From Rubrivivax sp. (GTDB lineage: Bacteria > Pseudomonadota > Gammaproteobacteria > Burkholderiales > Burkholderiaceae_C): DNA of 40,945 bases. The notes below the pieces were generated by a model, which saw only the letters and a program-made list of their open reading frames with translations, made no database searches and was not told where the DNA came from. The stretch is taken from the NCBI GenBank assembly GCA_043776165.1, contig JAYVRO010000555.1:1-40945 (forward strand), read 5' to 3'. Within the stretch, counting starts at the first letter, position 1. The number at the start of each line of letters is the position of its first letter. Shown piece by piece: positions 29,509 through 37,698 of the stretch. Made by a program: the position numbers and the translations under genes.

Positions 29509-30299
29509 CAACACCGTTGCTCGTCGTCAACCAGCTCAGCAAGCAGTACCGCTTGCCGCGTGAACACTTGCTGAGCGCGGCGCCCACGGTGCAAGCACTG
29601 TGCGATGTGAGCTTCACGCTGATGCCGGGAAAGAGCCTGGGCGTGGTGGGTGAATCGGGCAGCGGCAAGAGCACGCTGGCACGCTTGGTGATGGCGCTGG
29701 AGGCTCCCACGAGTGGCCAAGTTTTGTTCAACGGTGTGGACTTGCACATGCTCACACCGACGGCGCTGCGCCAAGCTCGTCAGGGATTTCAGATGGTCTT
29801 CCAAGACCCCTATGGCTCGCTCGATCCGCGGCGCAAGGTGCTGCAAACGGTGGCCGAGCCGCTCGCCGTTTTGCACGGCGCCAACCGCGCCGAACAGCGT
29901 GATCGCGCGACGGAGGTGCTCGACGCCGTGGGCCTGCGGGCGAGTGATCTCGACAAGTACCCGCACGAGTTTTCAGGTGGGCAACGGCAACGCATTGCCA
30001 TCGCGCGCGCCCTCATCACGCGGCCGAAACTCATCGTGGCCGACGAGCCCGTGAGCGCGCTGGATGTCTCGGTGCAAGCGGCCGTGCTCAATCTGATGCA
30101 AGACCTGCAAGACCGCTTTGGCGTGACCTACCTCTTCATCAGCCACGACCTGGCCGTGGTGGACTTGGTGTGCGACGACGTCATCGTGCTGCACCAGGGC
30201 AGCATCGTTGAACAAGGGCCACCCGATGTGCTCTTCAAACACCCGCAACACGCCTACACACAGCGCTTGTTGGCCGCCATTCCTGGCCTGAACCCTTGA
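29505..30299 (+). CDS. peptide ABC transporter ATP-binding protein (DppF-like)
   Basis: GESGSGKS, FQDPYGSL, FSGGQRQR and DEPVSALDVS. Confidence 0.93.
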
Positions 30300-30314
30300 G
30301 CAGAAGGACCTTTG

Positions 30315-31709
30315 ATGAACGCACTTCATGAACTCAGCGCCAGCGAACTCAGTGCCGCGTACCGAACTCGCGACCTGTCCCCCGTGGAAGTGACTCAGGC
30401 GGTCATCGCTCACATCGAACGTTGGGAGCCCGAGCTGTGCGCGATGTACGCCTTCGACCCCAGCACGGCGCTGACCATGGCGCGCGCCGCTGAAGCACGT
30501 TGGCGGGCGGGCGCGCCGCTGTCGCTGCTCGACGGCGTGCCCGTCACCATCAAGGAGAACATCGCCACCAAGGGCGTGCCTGTGCCCATGGGCAGCGCGG
30601 CCAGTGAGCTCATTCCCGCGCTAGACGACTCGCCGCCAGCGGCGCGCCTGCGCGCGGCCGGCGGCGTGTTCCTGGGCAAGACCACCATGCCCGACATGGG
30701 CATGCTGTCTTCGGGCCTGAGCAGTTTTCACAAGCTCGCGCGCAACCCCTGGGACTTGCATTTGAACCCCGGGGGCAGCAGCGCCGGCGCGGGCGCTGCT
30801 GCGGCTGCGGGTTATGGCCCCTTGCACGTGGGCACCGACATCGGCGGCTCCATCCGCTTGCCCGCTGGCTGGTGCGGCGTGTTTGGCTTGAAGCCCAGCG
30901 CGGGGCGCGTGCCCATCAAACCACCGTTCACAGGCCGTGTGGCCGGCCCCATGACACGCACGGTGTTGGACGCTGCGCTGATGATGGCCGTGCTCAGCCG
31001 CCCGGACTGGCGCGACACCACCAGTTTGCCGCCGCAAGACATCGCCTGGACCGAGTTAACCATTGATGTGAGAGGCCTGAAAATCGGCCTGCATCTGGAG
31101 CCTGGCTGGGGCCTGCCACTCAACGCAGAAACCGCCGCCGCCGTGAACGCTGCCGCGCGCCAATTCGAAGCTGCGGGCGCCATCATCGAGCCTGTCAAAA
31201 CCTTCATGACGCGCGAAGCCATCGACGGCATGGACGCCTTCTGGCGCTTGCGCTCGCACCTCGACATCAAGTCCTTGCCGCAACACCGTCAAGACAAAGT
31301 GCTGCCCTACATCCGCGAGTGGGCTGCAGGGGGCGCGCTGCTCAGCGCCGCGCAGCTCTTTCACGGTTACAGCCAGATGGCCGCCATGCGTGAAGCGGCG
31401 GTGGCTGCGTGCCAGCCTTTCAATTTTGTGCTGTCCCCCGTGAGCCCCGTGCCAACCTACCCCGCGGAGTGGGCCGGGCCGACGAATGACCCCGCGCGCC
31501 CTTTGGAACACATCGCCTACACGCTGCCCTACAACATGAGTGAGCAGCCCGCCGCCAGCGTGAACTGTGGTTACACGGCCAACGGGATGCCCATCGGTTT
31601 GCAGATCATCGGCCAGCGTTTTGACGACCTGGGTGTGCTGCAAGTGGCGCGGGCTTGGGAGCTGATGCGCGGGGTGCAGCGGGCTTGGCCGTCGAACCCG
31701 GCCGAGTGA
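30315..31709 (+). CDS. amidase (amidase-signature family)
   Basis: GVPVTIKEN, NPW...PGGSSAG and GTDIGGSIRLPA. AAGGA RBS. Confidence 0.95.
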   Translation: MNALHELSASELSAAYRTRDLSPVEVTQAVIAHIERWEPELCAMYAFDPSTALTMARAAEARWRAGAPLSLLDGVPVTIKENIATKGVPVPMGSAASELIPALDDSPPAARLRAAGGVFLGKTTMPDMGMLSSGLSSFHKLARNPWDLHLNPGGSSAGAGAAAAAGYGPLHVGTDIGGSIRLPAGWCGVFGLKPSAGRVPIKPPFTGRVAGPMTRTVLDAALMMAVLSRPDWRDTTSLPPQDIAWTELTIDVRGLKIGLHLEPGWGLPLNAETAAAVNAAARQFEAAGAIIEPVKTFMTREAIDGMDAFWRLRSHLDIKSLPQHRQDKVLPYIREWAAGGALLSAAQLFHGYSQMAAMREAAVAACQPFNFVLSPVSPVPTYPAEWAGPTNDPARPLEHIAYTLPYNMSEQPAASVNCGYTANGMPIGLQIIGQRFDDLGVLQVARAWELMRGVQRAWPSNPAE

Positions 31710-31758
31710 CAAGGCCGACAAGGGCGACAGGGCCGACCCCACCCGCAGCGCGCGCGCC

Positions 31759-32661
31759 TCACATTCCCTTGAACAGACCCGTGTAGCTGCGACTCACTTC
31801 CAGCTTTTGGCCGTGGCCCTTGACGGCCACGATCTGCCTGCCGCGAAAGTCGCGCGTCACGCCGCTGATGGCTTTGACATTGACCAGCGTGCTGCGGTGA
31901 ATTTGCCAAAAGATGTGCGGATCCAGTTCATCCACCAGCTCTTTGATCGGCTTGCGGATGAGCGCTTCGACGGTGGCCGTTTGCACCCGCGTGTACTTTT
32001 CGTCGCTGACAAAAAACAGCACCTCGTCCACCGCCACCATCTGAATGCTCTGGCCAACGCTGGCCTGTATCCACTGCAGGTAATTGGGCTTGCCATTAGG
32101 GTTCATGCGGGCCGAGAGCTTGTGCAGCAGTTGTTGCAGTGACGGGCCCGCGCTGGCGGGCGCAGCGCTGTTGCTCACATCATTTGTTAACGCGCTGTCA
32201 ATCTCGTCATGGGCCTGGCTGTCACGCGCCGCTAGACGCAAGCGCAGTCGTGCCACCGTCAAGGCCAATCGCTCGCGCTCGGCAGGCTTCAAGACGTAGT
32301 CCACCACGCCTTGCTCGAAGGCTTCCACAGCGTATTGGTCATAGGCTGTGATGAAAACGATCTCGGGCAAGAGCGTGTCGTCTTCACCTTCAGCGGGTGG
32401 CAGTTGGGCGATTTGCCGCGCGGCTTCAACACCCGTGAGGCCGGGCATGCGGATGTCGAGAAAAGCGATGTCGGGCCGGTGTTCTTGCACCAAGGCCACG
32501 GCCTCGGTGCCGTTCTTGGCTTCGCCCACGATCTGCAGTTCTGGCCAGGCCTCGGCCAGGCGTGCGCGCAGTTGGTCACGCATCAAACGTTCGTCGTCAG
32601 CAATAACGGCGCGCGGCCCGCCCGTGACAGCGCAAGAGGTGGGCGTGTTGGTGGTACTCAT
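31759..32661 (-). CDS. LytTR family response regulator
   Basis: IADDE, FLDIRMPG, FITAYDQYA..AF, DY.LKP; C-terminal FWQIHRS.LVN and L.VSR. Confidence 0.95.
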   Translation of the reverse strand: MSTTNTPTSCAVTGGPRAVIADDERLMRDQLRARLAEAWPELQIVGEAKNGTEAVALVQEHRPDIAFLDIRMPGLTGVEAARQIAQLPPAEGEDDTLLPEIVFITAYDQYAVEAFEQGVVDYVLKPAERERLALTVARLRLRLAARDSQAHDEIDSALTNDVSNSAAPASAGPSLQQLLHKLSARMNPNGKPNYLQWIQASVGQSIQMVAVDEVLFFVSDEKYTRVQTATVEALIRKPIKELVDELDPHIFWQIHRSTLVNVKAISGVTRDFRGRQIVAVKGHGQKLEVSRSYTGLFKGM

Positions 32662-33164
32662 GCCGCCATCTTGACAGAGCTTGGCTTGCGAAAGATGAGC
32701 CACAGCAGGCCGACCACCAACAACACGGGCGACAACACCAGGAGGGCTGCACCGCCCACGGCCAACACGGCGCTGCCCACGCCGATGAACAAGCTCAGCA
32801 GCGCCACAGCGCCGGCCACCAGCAGCACCACGGGCAACACCGTGAAAACAATGGTCAGCACCAGCACCACAGCCAACACCAAGGCACACATCGCCACCAA
32901 CAAGTGGCCTGGTTGCCACCGGCCCAGGCTCACCGTGTTGCCGTCGACGGTGACGCGCACGCCATCGCCCAGCTGGCCAGAAAACGCGCCCTGCGCAACG
33001 GCTTGACTGATGTCATGCCAGGCCCAGCCGAAGGCGGCGACCACAGCCGTCAACAAGGCCACGGTCAGCGCAACACTCAGCAACACTGCCCAACCCATGG
33101 CGCTGAAAAATCGACGGGCAAAACTGCGCTCGCCACGGGGGTCGTTTGAGGAATAGTTCGTCAT
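32658..33164 (-). CDS. hypothetical integral membrane protein between kinase and regulator
   Basis: Very hydrophobic, with ATGA overlaps to both neighbours. Confidence 0.75.
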   Translation of the reverse strand: MTNYSSNDPRGERSFARRFFSAMGWAVLLSVALTVALLTAVVAAFGWAWHDISQAVAQGAFSGQLGDGVRVTVDGNTVSLGRWQPGHLLVAMCALVLAVVLVLTIVFTVLPVVLLVAGAVALLSLFIGVGSAVLAVGGAALLVLSPVLLVVGLLWLIFRKPSSVKMAA

Positions 33165-34666
33165 GCGTCAGCTCCTTCCAGAGTTTTGTAAGGCACGGTC
33201 AGCGTGACACGTGTGCCGCTGGGGTTGTTCTCGGCAATCGTCATCGACGCGCGCGCGCCGTACAGCAGTTGCAGGCGTTCGCGGATGTTGGCCAGCCCCA
33301 CCCCCGTGCCTGCGGTGGCAGCGCGGCCAAAGCCCAGGCCCGTGTCAGCCACGGTCACGACCAACTTGCCGTGCACGATCTCGGCGCGCACGCTCAATGT
33401 GCCGCCCTCGGGCTTGGGTTCCAAGCCATGTTTGATGGCGTTTTCCACCAAGGTTTGAATCATCATGGGCGGGAACTCGGCCGACAACAAACCGTCGCTG
33501 ATGTCAATGGTGGTTGTCAAGCGCTCTTCCATGCGGACCTTCAAGATTTCAAGATAAGGCCGGATCATGGCCAGCTCGCGGCCCAGGTCGCGCGCCGTGC
33601 CGTCGTTGGTTTCGCGCAGGCTTGGCATGCTGGCGCGCAGCAAGGCGATGAGGTTCTTTTGCATCACACTGGCTTTGGCCGGATCGGTCTCTATCAAGTG
33701 ATCGATCGACGCCAGCGTATTGAACAAAAAGTGCGGCTCCACCTGCGCTTGCATGGCGGCCATGCGCGCTTCCACCACCTGGCGTTTGAGCGATTCGGCT
33801 TCGGCCGTTTCGGTCGCTTGTGCGGCCTTTACTTCGGCCTGCACGCGGCCCTTGTAGAGCACCTTGATGAGCACTGAGCCCACCACCCACATGAGCGCCA
33901 GGTCGGTGAGAAAGTCGCCCCATTGCACGCGCCGCGTGGTGCGCACGGTGCCACCCGAATGCTGCTCGGCCATCGTGGCTTCGCGCACCGCAGCCTCGGC
34001 ATCGGCCTTGGCTTCACGCGCCACTTCCATGGCTTCACGTTGGGCTTGCACCACGTCACGCACAGCCTCTTTGGCGTCCTCCAGGGCAGCGCGGATGCTG
34101 TCACGCACTTCTTCGCTGGTGCTGCCTGGCGGCAAGGTGATGTTGATGCCGCTGCCGTCAATGCGCGCCGACGCTTCAGCGCTCGCCACCGTGCTGGCGG
34201 CACCCGAGGCCGGCGCGGCCGCGGCGCCAGCCTTTTGTGTGATGCGGATGCCTTTGTCGTCGATGGTGATGTCAAACCCACCGCGCACGCCGCTGGCCGA
34301 TGAAGGCGACTTTTCAATGTGAATGACCGAGGGCTGCACCGCAGGCGCTGCGGGCACGGCCGGCTCTTTGGGCACCGCCGGGGAACGGGGCGCTTTGGGC
34401 GCCTTGGGCGGGCGGGGTTCGTTGGCACCGACATGCTCACGCGTCTCGGTGACGCGCCAGCTGAAAGGTGGCAGTTGCTGCACGATCGCCGCCAGCGCGA
34501 TGAGCAACACCGACAGCACACCAAAGCGCAACCACGTGATGCTCACCAACCAATTGGCATACCGATGAAAGGCGCGCAAGGTAGCGGCCGAAAAGCGCTG
34601 CCACCGGGCGAACCACAGGTCTTGCCAGGGCGGGGTGCGGGGTGAAGAGGGGGGCGTGGGGCTCAT
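33161..34666 (-). CDS. LytS/YehU-type sensor histidine kinase
   Basis: QAQVEPHFLFNTL, EL....YL.I...R...RL, PPM..QTLVENAIKHG, DTGLG and G.GL.NIRERL. Two TM segments around a Pro/Ala-rich region. Confidence 0.93.
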   Translation of the reverse strand: MSPTPPSSPRTPPWQDLWFARWQRFSAATLRAFHRYANWLVSITWLRFGVLSVLLIALAAIVQQLPPFSWRVTETREHVGANEPRPPKAPKAPRSPAVPKEPAVPAAPAVQPSVIHIEKSPSSASGVRGGFDITIDDKGIRITQKAGAAAAPASGAASTVASAEASARIDGSGINITLPPGSTSEEVRDSIRAALEDAKEAVRDVVQAQREAMEVAREAKADAEAAVREATMAEQHSGGTVRTTRRVQWGDFLTDLALMWVVGSVLIKVLYKGRVQAEVKAAQATETAEAESLKRQVVEARMAAMQAQVEPHFLFNTLASIDHLIETDPAKASVMQKNLIALLRASMPSLRETNDGTARDLGRELAMIRPYLEILKVRMEERLTTTIDISDGLLSAEFPPMMIQTLVENAIKHGLEPKPEGGTLSVRAEIVHGKLVVTVADTGLGFGRAATAGTGVGLANIRERLQLLYGARASMTIAENNPSGTRVTLTVPYKTLEGADA

Positions 34667-34828
34667 GGGGCGGGGCAGCACTGAAGGGCTTGGTTGTTGG
34701 GCCCGATGTTCGCAGGCCCAGCGTGCTCGGCGCCATCGGCAAGTAGACGCGCTGCATTGCGCGGGGCATGGCATGCACATGGTGGCGACAGGCGGTGGCC
34801 AGCCCGCTCAAGTGAAAACCCCCGTTTG

Positions 34829-34856
34829 GGAACTTTCCAACGCTCCCGGCGCCAAC
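34829..34856 (+). promoter_or_regulatory. putative ECF-type (autoregulatory) promoter GGAACTT-N16-CCAAC
   Basis: GGAACTT matches the common ECF -35 element. It lies about 60 bp upstream of the sigma gene. The -10 match is imperfect. Confidence 0.4.
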
Positions 34857-34890
34857 CCTGCATGAGCCGTGTTGAGCCGCCGCAAAAACC

Positions 34891-35598
34891 ATGTTGAGTT
34901 TTGCGCCATGGCGACCGCGCGAGGCGGCTGGCACCGGCCAGTACAAGCTGGTGCAGCGCTTGGTGCAGGGTGACTTGCAAGCGCTGGAAGAGATCTACCG
35001 CAAAGAGGCCGGGGGCGTCTACCGCTATGCCTTGGCCCTGTGTGGCAACGCAGCCTGGGCGGCCGATGTGACGCAAGATGTTTTCATCGCCCTGGCGGCG
35101 CAGCCGCAACACTTTGACGCTGCACGTGCCACCTTGGGTGCCTACCTGGCGGGTGCCGCGCGCCACGCCCTGCTGGCGTTGTGGCGGCGCCAACGTAAAG
35201 AGCTGCCACTGGACGACGCGCAGAGCGACGGCGCGAGTGACAGCGCGAGTGACAGCCACGAAGGCGCGATGGCCGAATCGACGGCCGGTGGCTGCGGCGA
35301 CTCACCTGAAACCTTGTTGCAACGAGCGCAAACCGAACAAGCCCTGTGGCGAGCGCTGCGTGGGTTGCCCTGGCCTTTCCGTGAAGCCTTGGTGTTGGTG
35401 GACTTGCAAGGGCGCAGCTACTTGGAAGCGGCGCAGATTGCGGGCATCGAACTCAACACATTGCGCACTCGTGTGCACCGGGGCCGCAAGCAATTGGCGA
35501 TGGCCTTAGACGCGCTGGACACACTCGCCGCGCCACCGCCACAAGCGCGCCGAGCAAACCAGGAGACCTGGCATGAAGCCTCAAGCCAACGAGATTGA
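34891..35598 (+). CDS. ECF sigma-70 factor
   Basis: Region 2 (VYRYAL.LCG....A.DVTQDVF...YL...AR) and region 4 (LP..FREALVL....G.SY.E.A........T.RTR..R.R..L). Confidence 0.93.
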   Translation: MLSFAPWRPREAAGTGQYKLVQRLVQGDLQALEEIYRKEAGGVYRYALALCGNAAWAADVTQDVFIALAAQPQHFDAARATLGAYLAGAARHALLALWRRQRKELPLDDAQSDGASDSASDSHEGAMAESTAGGCGDSPETLLQRAQTEQALWRALRGLPWPFREALVLVDLQGRSYLEAAQIAGIELNTLRTRVHRGRKQLAMALDALDTLAAPPPQARRANQETWHEASSQRD

Positions 35599-36169
35599 CA
35601 ACGCTCGCGCCGGATCTGATCCCACAACGTTTGACATGACTGACGACAACCCCGGCGCACCCGCAACGCGGCAACTTTCAGCGTTGCTGAAGCAAGCCGC
35701 CGATACGCTGCAAGCGTTGACCCCCCCGCCCTTGCCCGCTGCTGCCGGGCGTGCGCTGGCCAAGGCCGCGCGCCAACCAGCGCCCAGGCCCGTGGCCCGC
35801 TGGCCCGCCTGGGCCACAACGCGGCTTTTGCGCAGCCCCCTGCCCTGGGCCGGTGTTGGCAGTCTCGCAGCGTTGCTACTGGTTGTTGCGTTCGACTGGT
35901 GGCGGCCCGCCGCGCCGGCGCTGGCCGCAGCGCCAACATGGGTGCAATCCGACGACAACCACTTCGTGCCCGTGGTCGGCCCCGAGCGCTGGCAACGCTT
36001 GCAAGAACAGGGTGCTTCCAGAGCCTGGGTCGTGCCCACGGAAGTGCCGCCCCAGCAGTTGGCCAGTTGGGGCCTTCCTTTTGACCCGGGCCGCGCCAGC
36101 GTCAGCGTGCGTGCCGAGCTGCTGATGCAAGCCAGCGGCGAAGTACTGGCCATGCGGTTGCTGCGTTGA
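35573..36169 (+). CDS. putative single-pass anti-sigma factor
   Basis: Overlaps the sigma gene. One TM helix (WAGVGSLAALLLVVAF) and a short C-terminal domain FVP...VV.TEVP...L..WGLP......VRAELL....GE.LA.R. Confidence 0.6.
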   Translation: MKPQANEIDNARAGSDPTTFDMTDDNPGAPATRQLSALLKQAADTLQALTPPPLPAAAGRALAKAARQPAPRPVARWPAWATTRLLRSPLPWAGVGSLAALLLVVAFDWWRPAAPALAAAPTWVQSDDNHFVPVVGPERWQRLQEQGASRAWVVPTEVPPQQLASWGLPFDPGRASVSVRAELLMQASGEVLAMRLLR

Positions 36170-36246
36170 TTTTTGAGCAAGTCAAATCAATCGTTGAGTC
36201 TCAGACCACCTCACCTCGCTTTTTCTCCCATTCAAAGGACACCGCC

Positions 36247-37332
36247 ATGACCACCTTCCGTTTATCCAGCTGGACCTGTGCCGCAGCAGCGCTGAGCCTT
36301 TGCCAAGGCTTGGCAGCGCAGACCAACCCAGGCGAGGTCACACCAGCCCAGGCCCATCCCTTGATCGCGCAGGTCATGACGCAGGTTTTTGGCGACGCTG
36401 CCAATCTCGGGTGGCCCCATGAGCTGATGCAATTGGCAAGCCAACACATGGGCAGTGGACGCGTGGTCAAGGGCGCGCCCTATTGCGCCGAAGCCGTCAG
36501 CGAGAACGTGCAGTGGCTCGTTGACGGCAGCAGCAGCGGCACGCCCAACCGCATCGTGCGTCGCCAAAGCACTCAGCTGTGTCGTGACGGTGAAGGTCGC
36601 ACACGCCAGGAAGTTGACGTCGGTGGTCGCAAAGTCGTCTATTTGAACGACGCAGCAACGGGTGAGCGCTGGGTGCTGGACCCGCAACGCAAAACCGCGC
36701 GTTCCATCAAGGCCATGGCCCTGCCCACAATCCCCGGCGCTGCACCGCTGCCACCCTTGCCACCGCTCCCCCCGCTGGCGCAAGCTGCTGACGGCCACAA
36801 CGGCGGCCCTGTGCAGGTGATGGTGATGACCACGCCCGACGCTGCGAACGGCGCCGCGCCCCATGCCACGACCAGTGCCCCAACCCCCGCCAGTGGCGCG
36901 GCCAAGCGCGAAACGCGCCATGTGCAAGTGCGTGTGATCAGGCCCGAGGGCGACATGGCCCGCACCATGCCCCCGCCCGAGGTGAGCTGGCGCGCCCACC
37001 AGTTTGCGCCACGCGGCCCCGGCGTGGCCAACGCCCTGGGGCAAAAGGACATCGAGGGCCAACGCGCCAACGGCGAGCGCACGACCTGGACCATCGAAGC
37101 GGGCAAGCTCGGCAATGAGCGTCCCATCGTGATCACACGCGAGGTGTGGACAGCGCCTGAGCTGATGCTCACCGTGCTGTCACGTGACCTCGACCCCCGC
37201 AGTGGTGAAGCCCACTACAAGCTGCAAAACATCAAGCGTGGTGAACCCGACGCGGCCTTGATGCGCGTGCCTGCGGACTACAACAGCACCCCCCGAACGC
37301 CCGCAACGCCGGGCAAAACCGAGCGTGGCTGA
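36247..37332 (+). CDS. secreted/periplasmic hypothetical protein
   Basis: Signal-peptide-like N-terminus and AAGGA RBS. Beta-rich blocks VKGAPY.AE...RD.EGRTR.E and LG...IEG..A.G.RTT.TI.AG..GN..PI....E.W..PEL are separated by a Pro-rich linker. Confidence 0.8.
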   Translation: MTTFRLSSWTCAAAALSLCQGLAAQTNPGEVTPAQAHPLIAQVMTQVFGDAANLGWPHELMQLASQHMGSGRVVKGAPYCAEAVSENVQWLVDGSSSGTPNRIVRRQSTQLCRDGEGRTRQEVDVGGRKVVYLNDAATGERWVLDPQRKTARSIKAMALPTIPGAAPLPPLPPLPPLAQAADGHNGGPVQVMVMTTPDAANGAAPHATTSAPTPASGAAKRETRHVQVRVIRPEGDMARTMPPPEVSWRAHQFAPRGPGVANALGQKDIEGQRANGERTTWTIEAGKLGNERPIVITREVWTAPELMLTVLSRDLDPRSGEAHYKLQNIKRGEPDAALMRVPADYNSTPRTPATPGKTERG

Positions 37333-37344
37333 AAGTCACTCACC

Positions 37345-37554
37345 TCAAACATGCAAACTGCTGGCCAGTGCGAGCACCATCACCGCGGTGGCCACACACA
37401 GCACCAGGCGCAGCAGCGTTGAATCAGCGCGGTCGGCCAGCAGCATCTGCTCCATCGGGTCGGGGCCGAGGCCCAGGCCCAGGCCGCCCCGCGCGGGCAG
37501 GGCCAGTGCGGCGTTCACAGCGAGGGCAGGCGAATTGGCAAGGTTCTTGAACAT
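37345..37554 (-). CDS. 69-aa small protein with a C-terminal hydrophobic helix
   Basis: AAGGAA RBS 6 nt before ATG 37554. Sequence MFKNLANS...LLRLVLCVATAVMVLALASSLHV. Lies directly downstream of the phased repeats. Confidence 0.6.
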   Translation of the reverse strand: MFKNLANSPALAVNAALALPARGGLGLGLGPDPMEQMLLADRADSTLLRLVLCVATAVMVLALASSLHV

Positions 37555-37613
37555 GGCGATTTCCTTTGAAGACTTGGTGAGCCGACGGGCATCCACCCGA
37601 TGCCTTGGTTCGC

Positions 37614-37667
37614 AGTCTCTTCAAAGGGCGTTACGCGAGCGTTACGCCAGCGTGACGCGGGCGTGAC
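37614..37667 (-). promoter_or_regulatory. SARP-type promoter: four GT(C/A)ACGC heptamers in 11-bp phase, 8-nt spacer, -10-like GAGACT
   Basis: On the + strand, GCGTTAC at 37628 and 37639, GCGTGAC at 37650 and 37661. AGTCTC at 37614-37619 is separated from the proximal repeat by exactly 8 nt. Confidence 0.7.
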
Positions 37668-37698
37668 ACCGCACGGCCATGGTCACGGCCCCACGAGC

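Noticed and set aside
37628-37667. Possible CRISPR or iteron array
   Set aside because: Units are 11 bp with no spacers, and no cas or rep gene is nearby.
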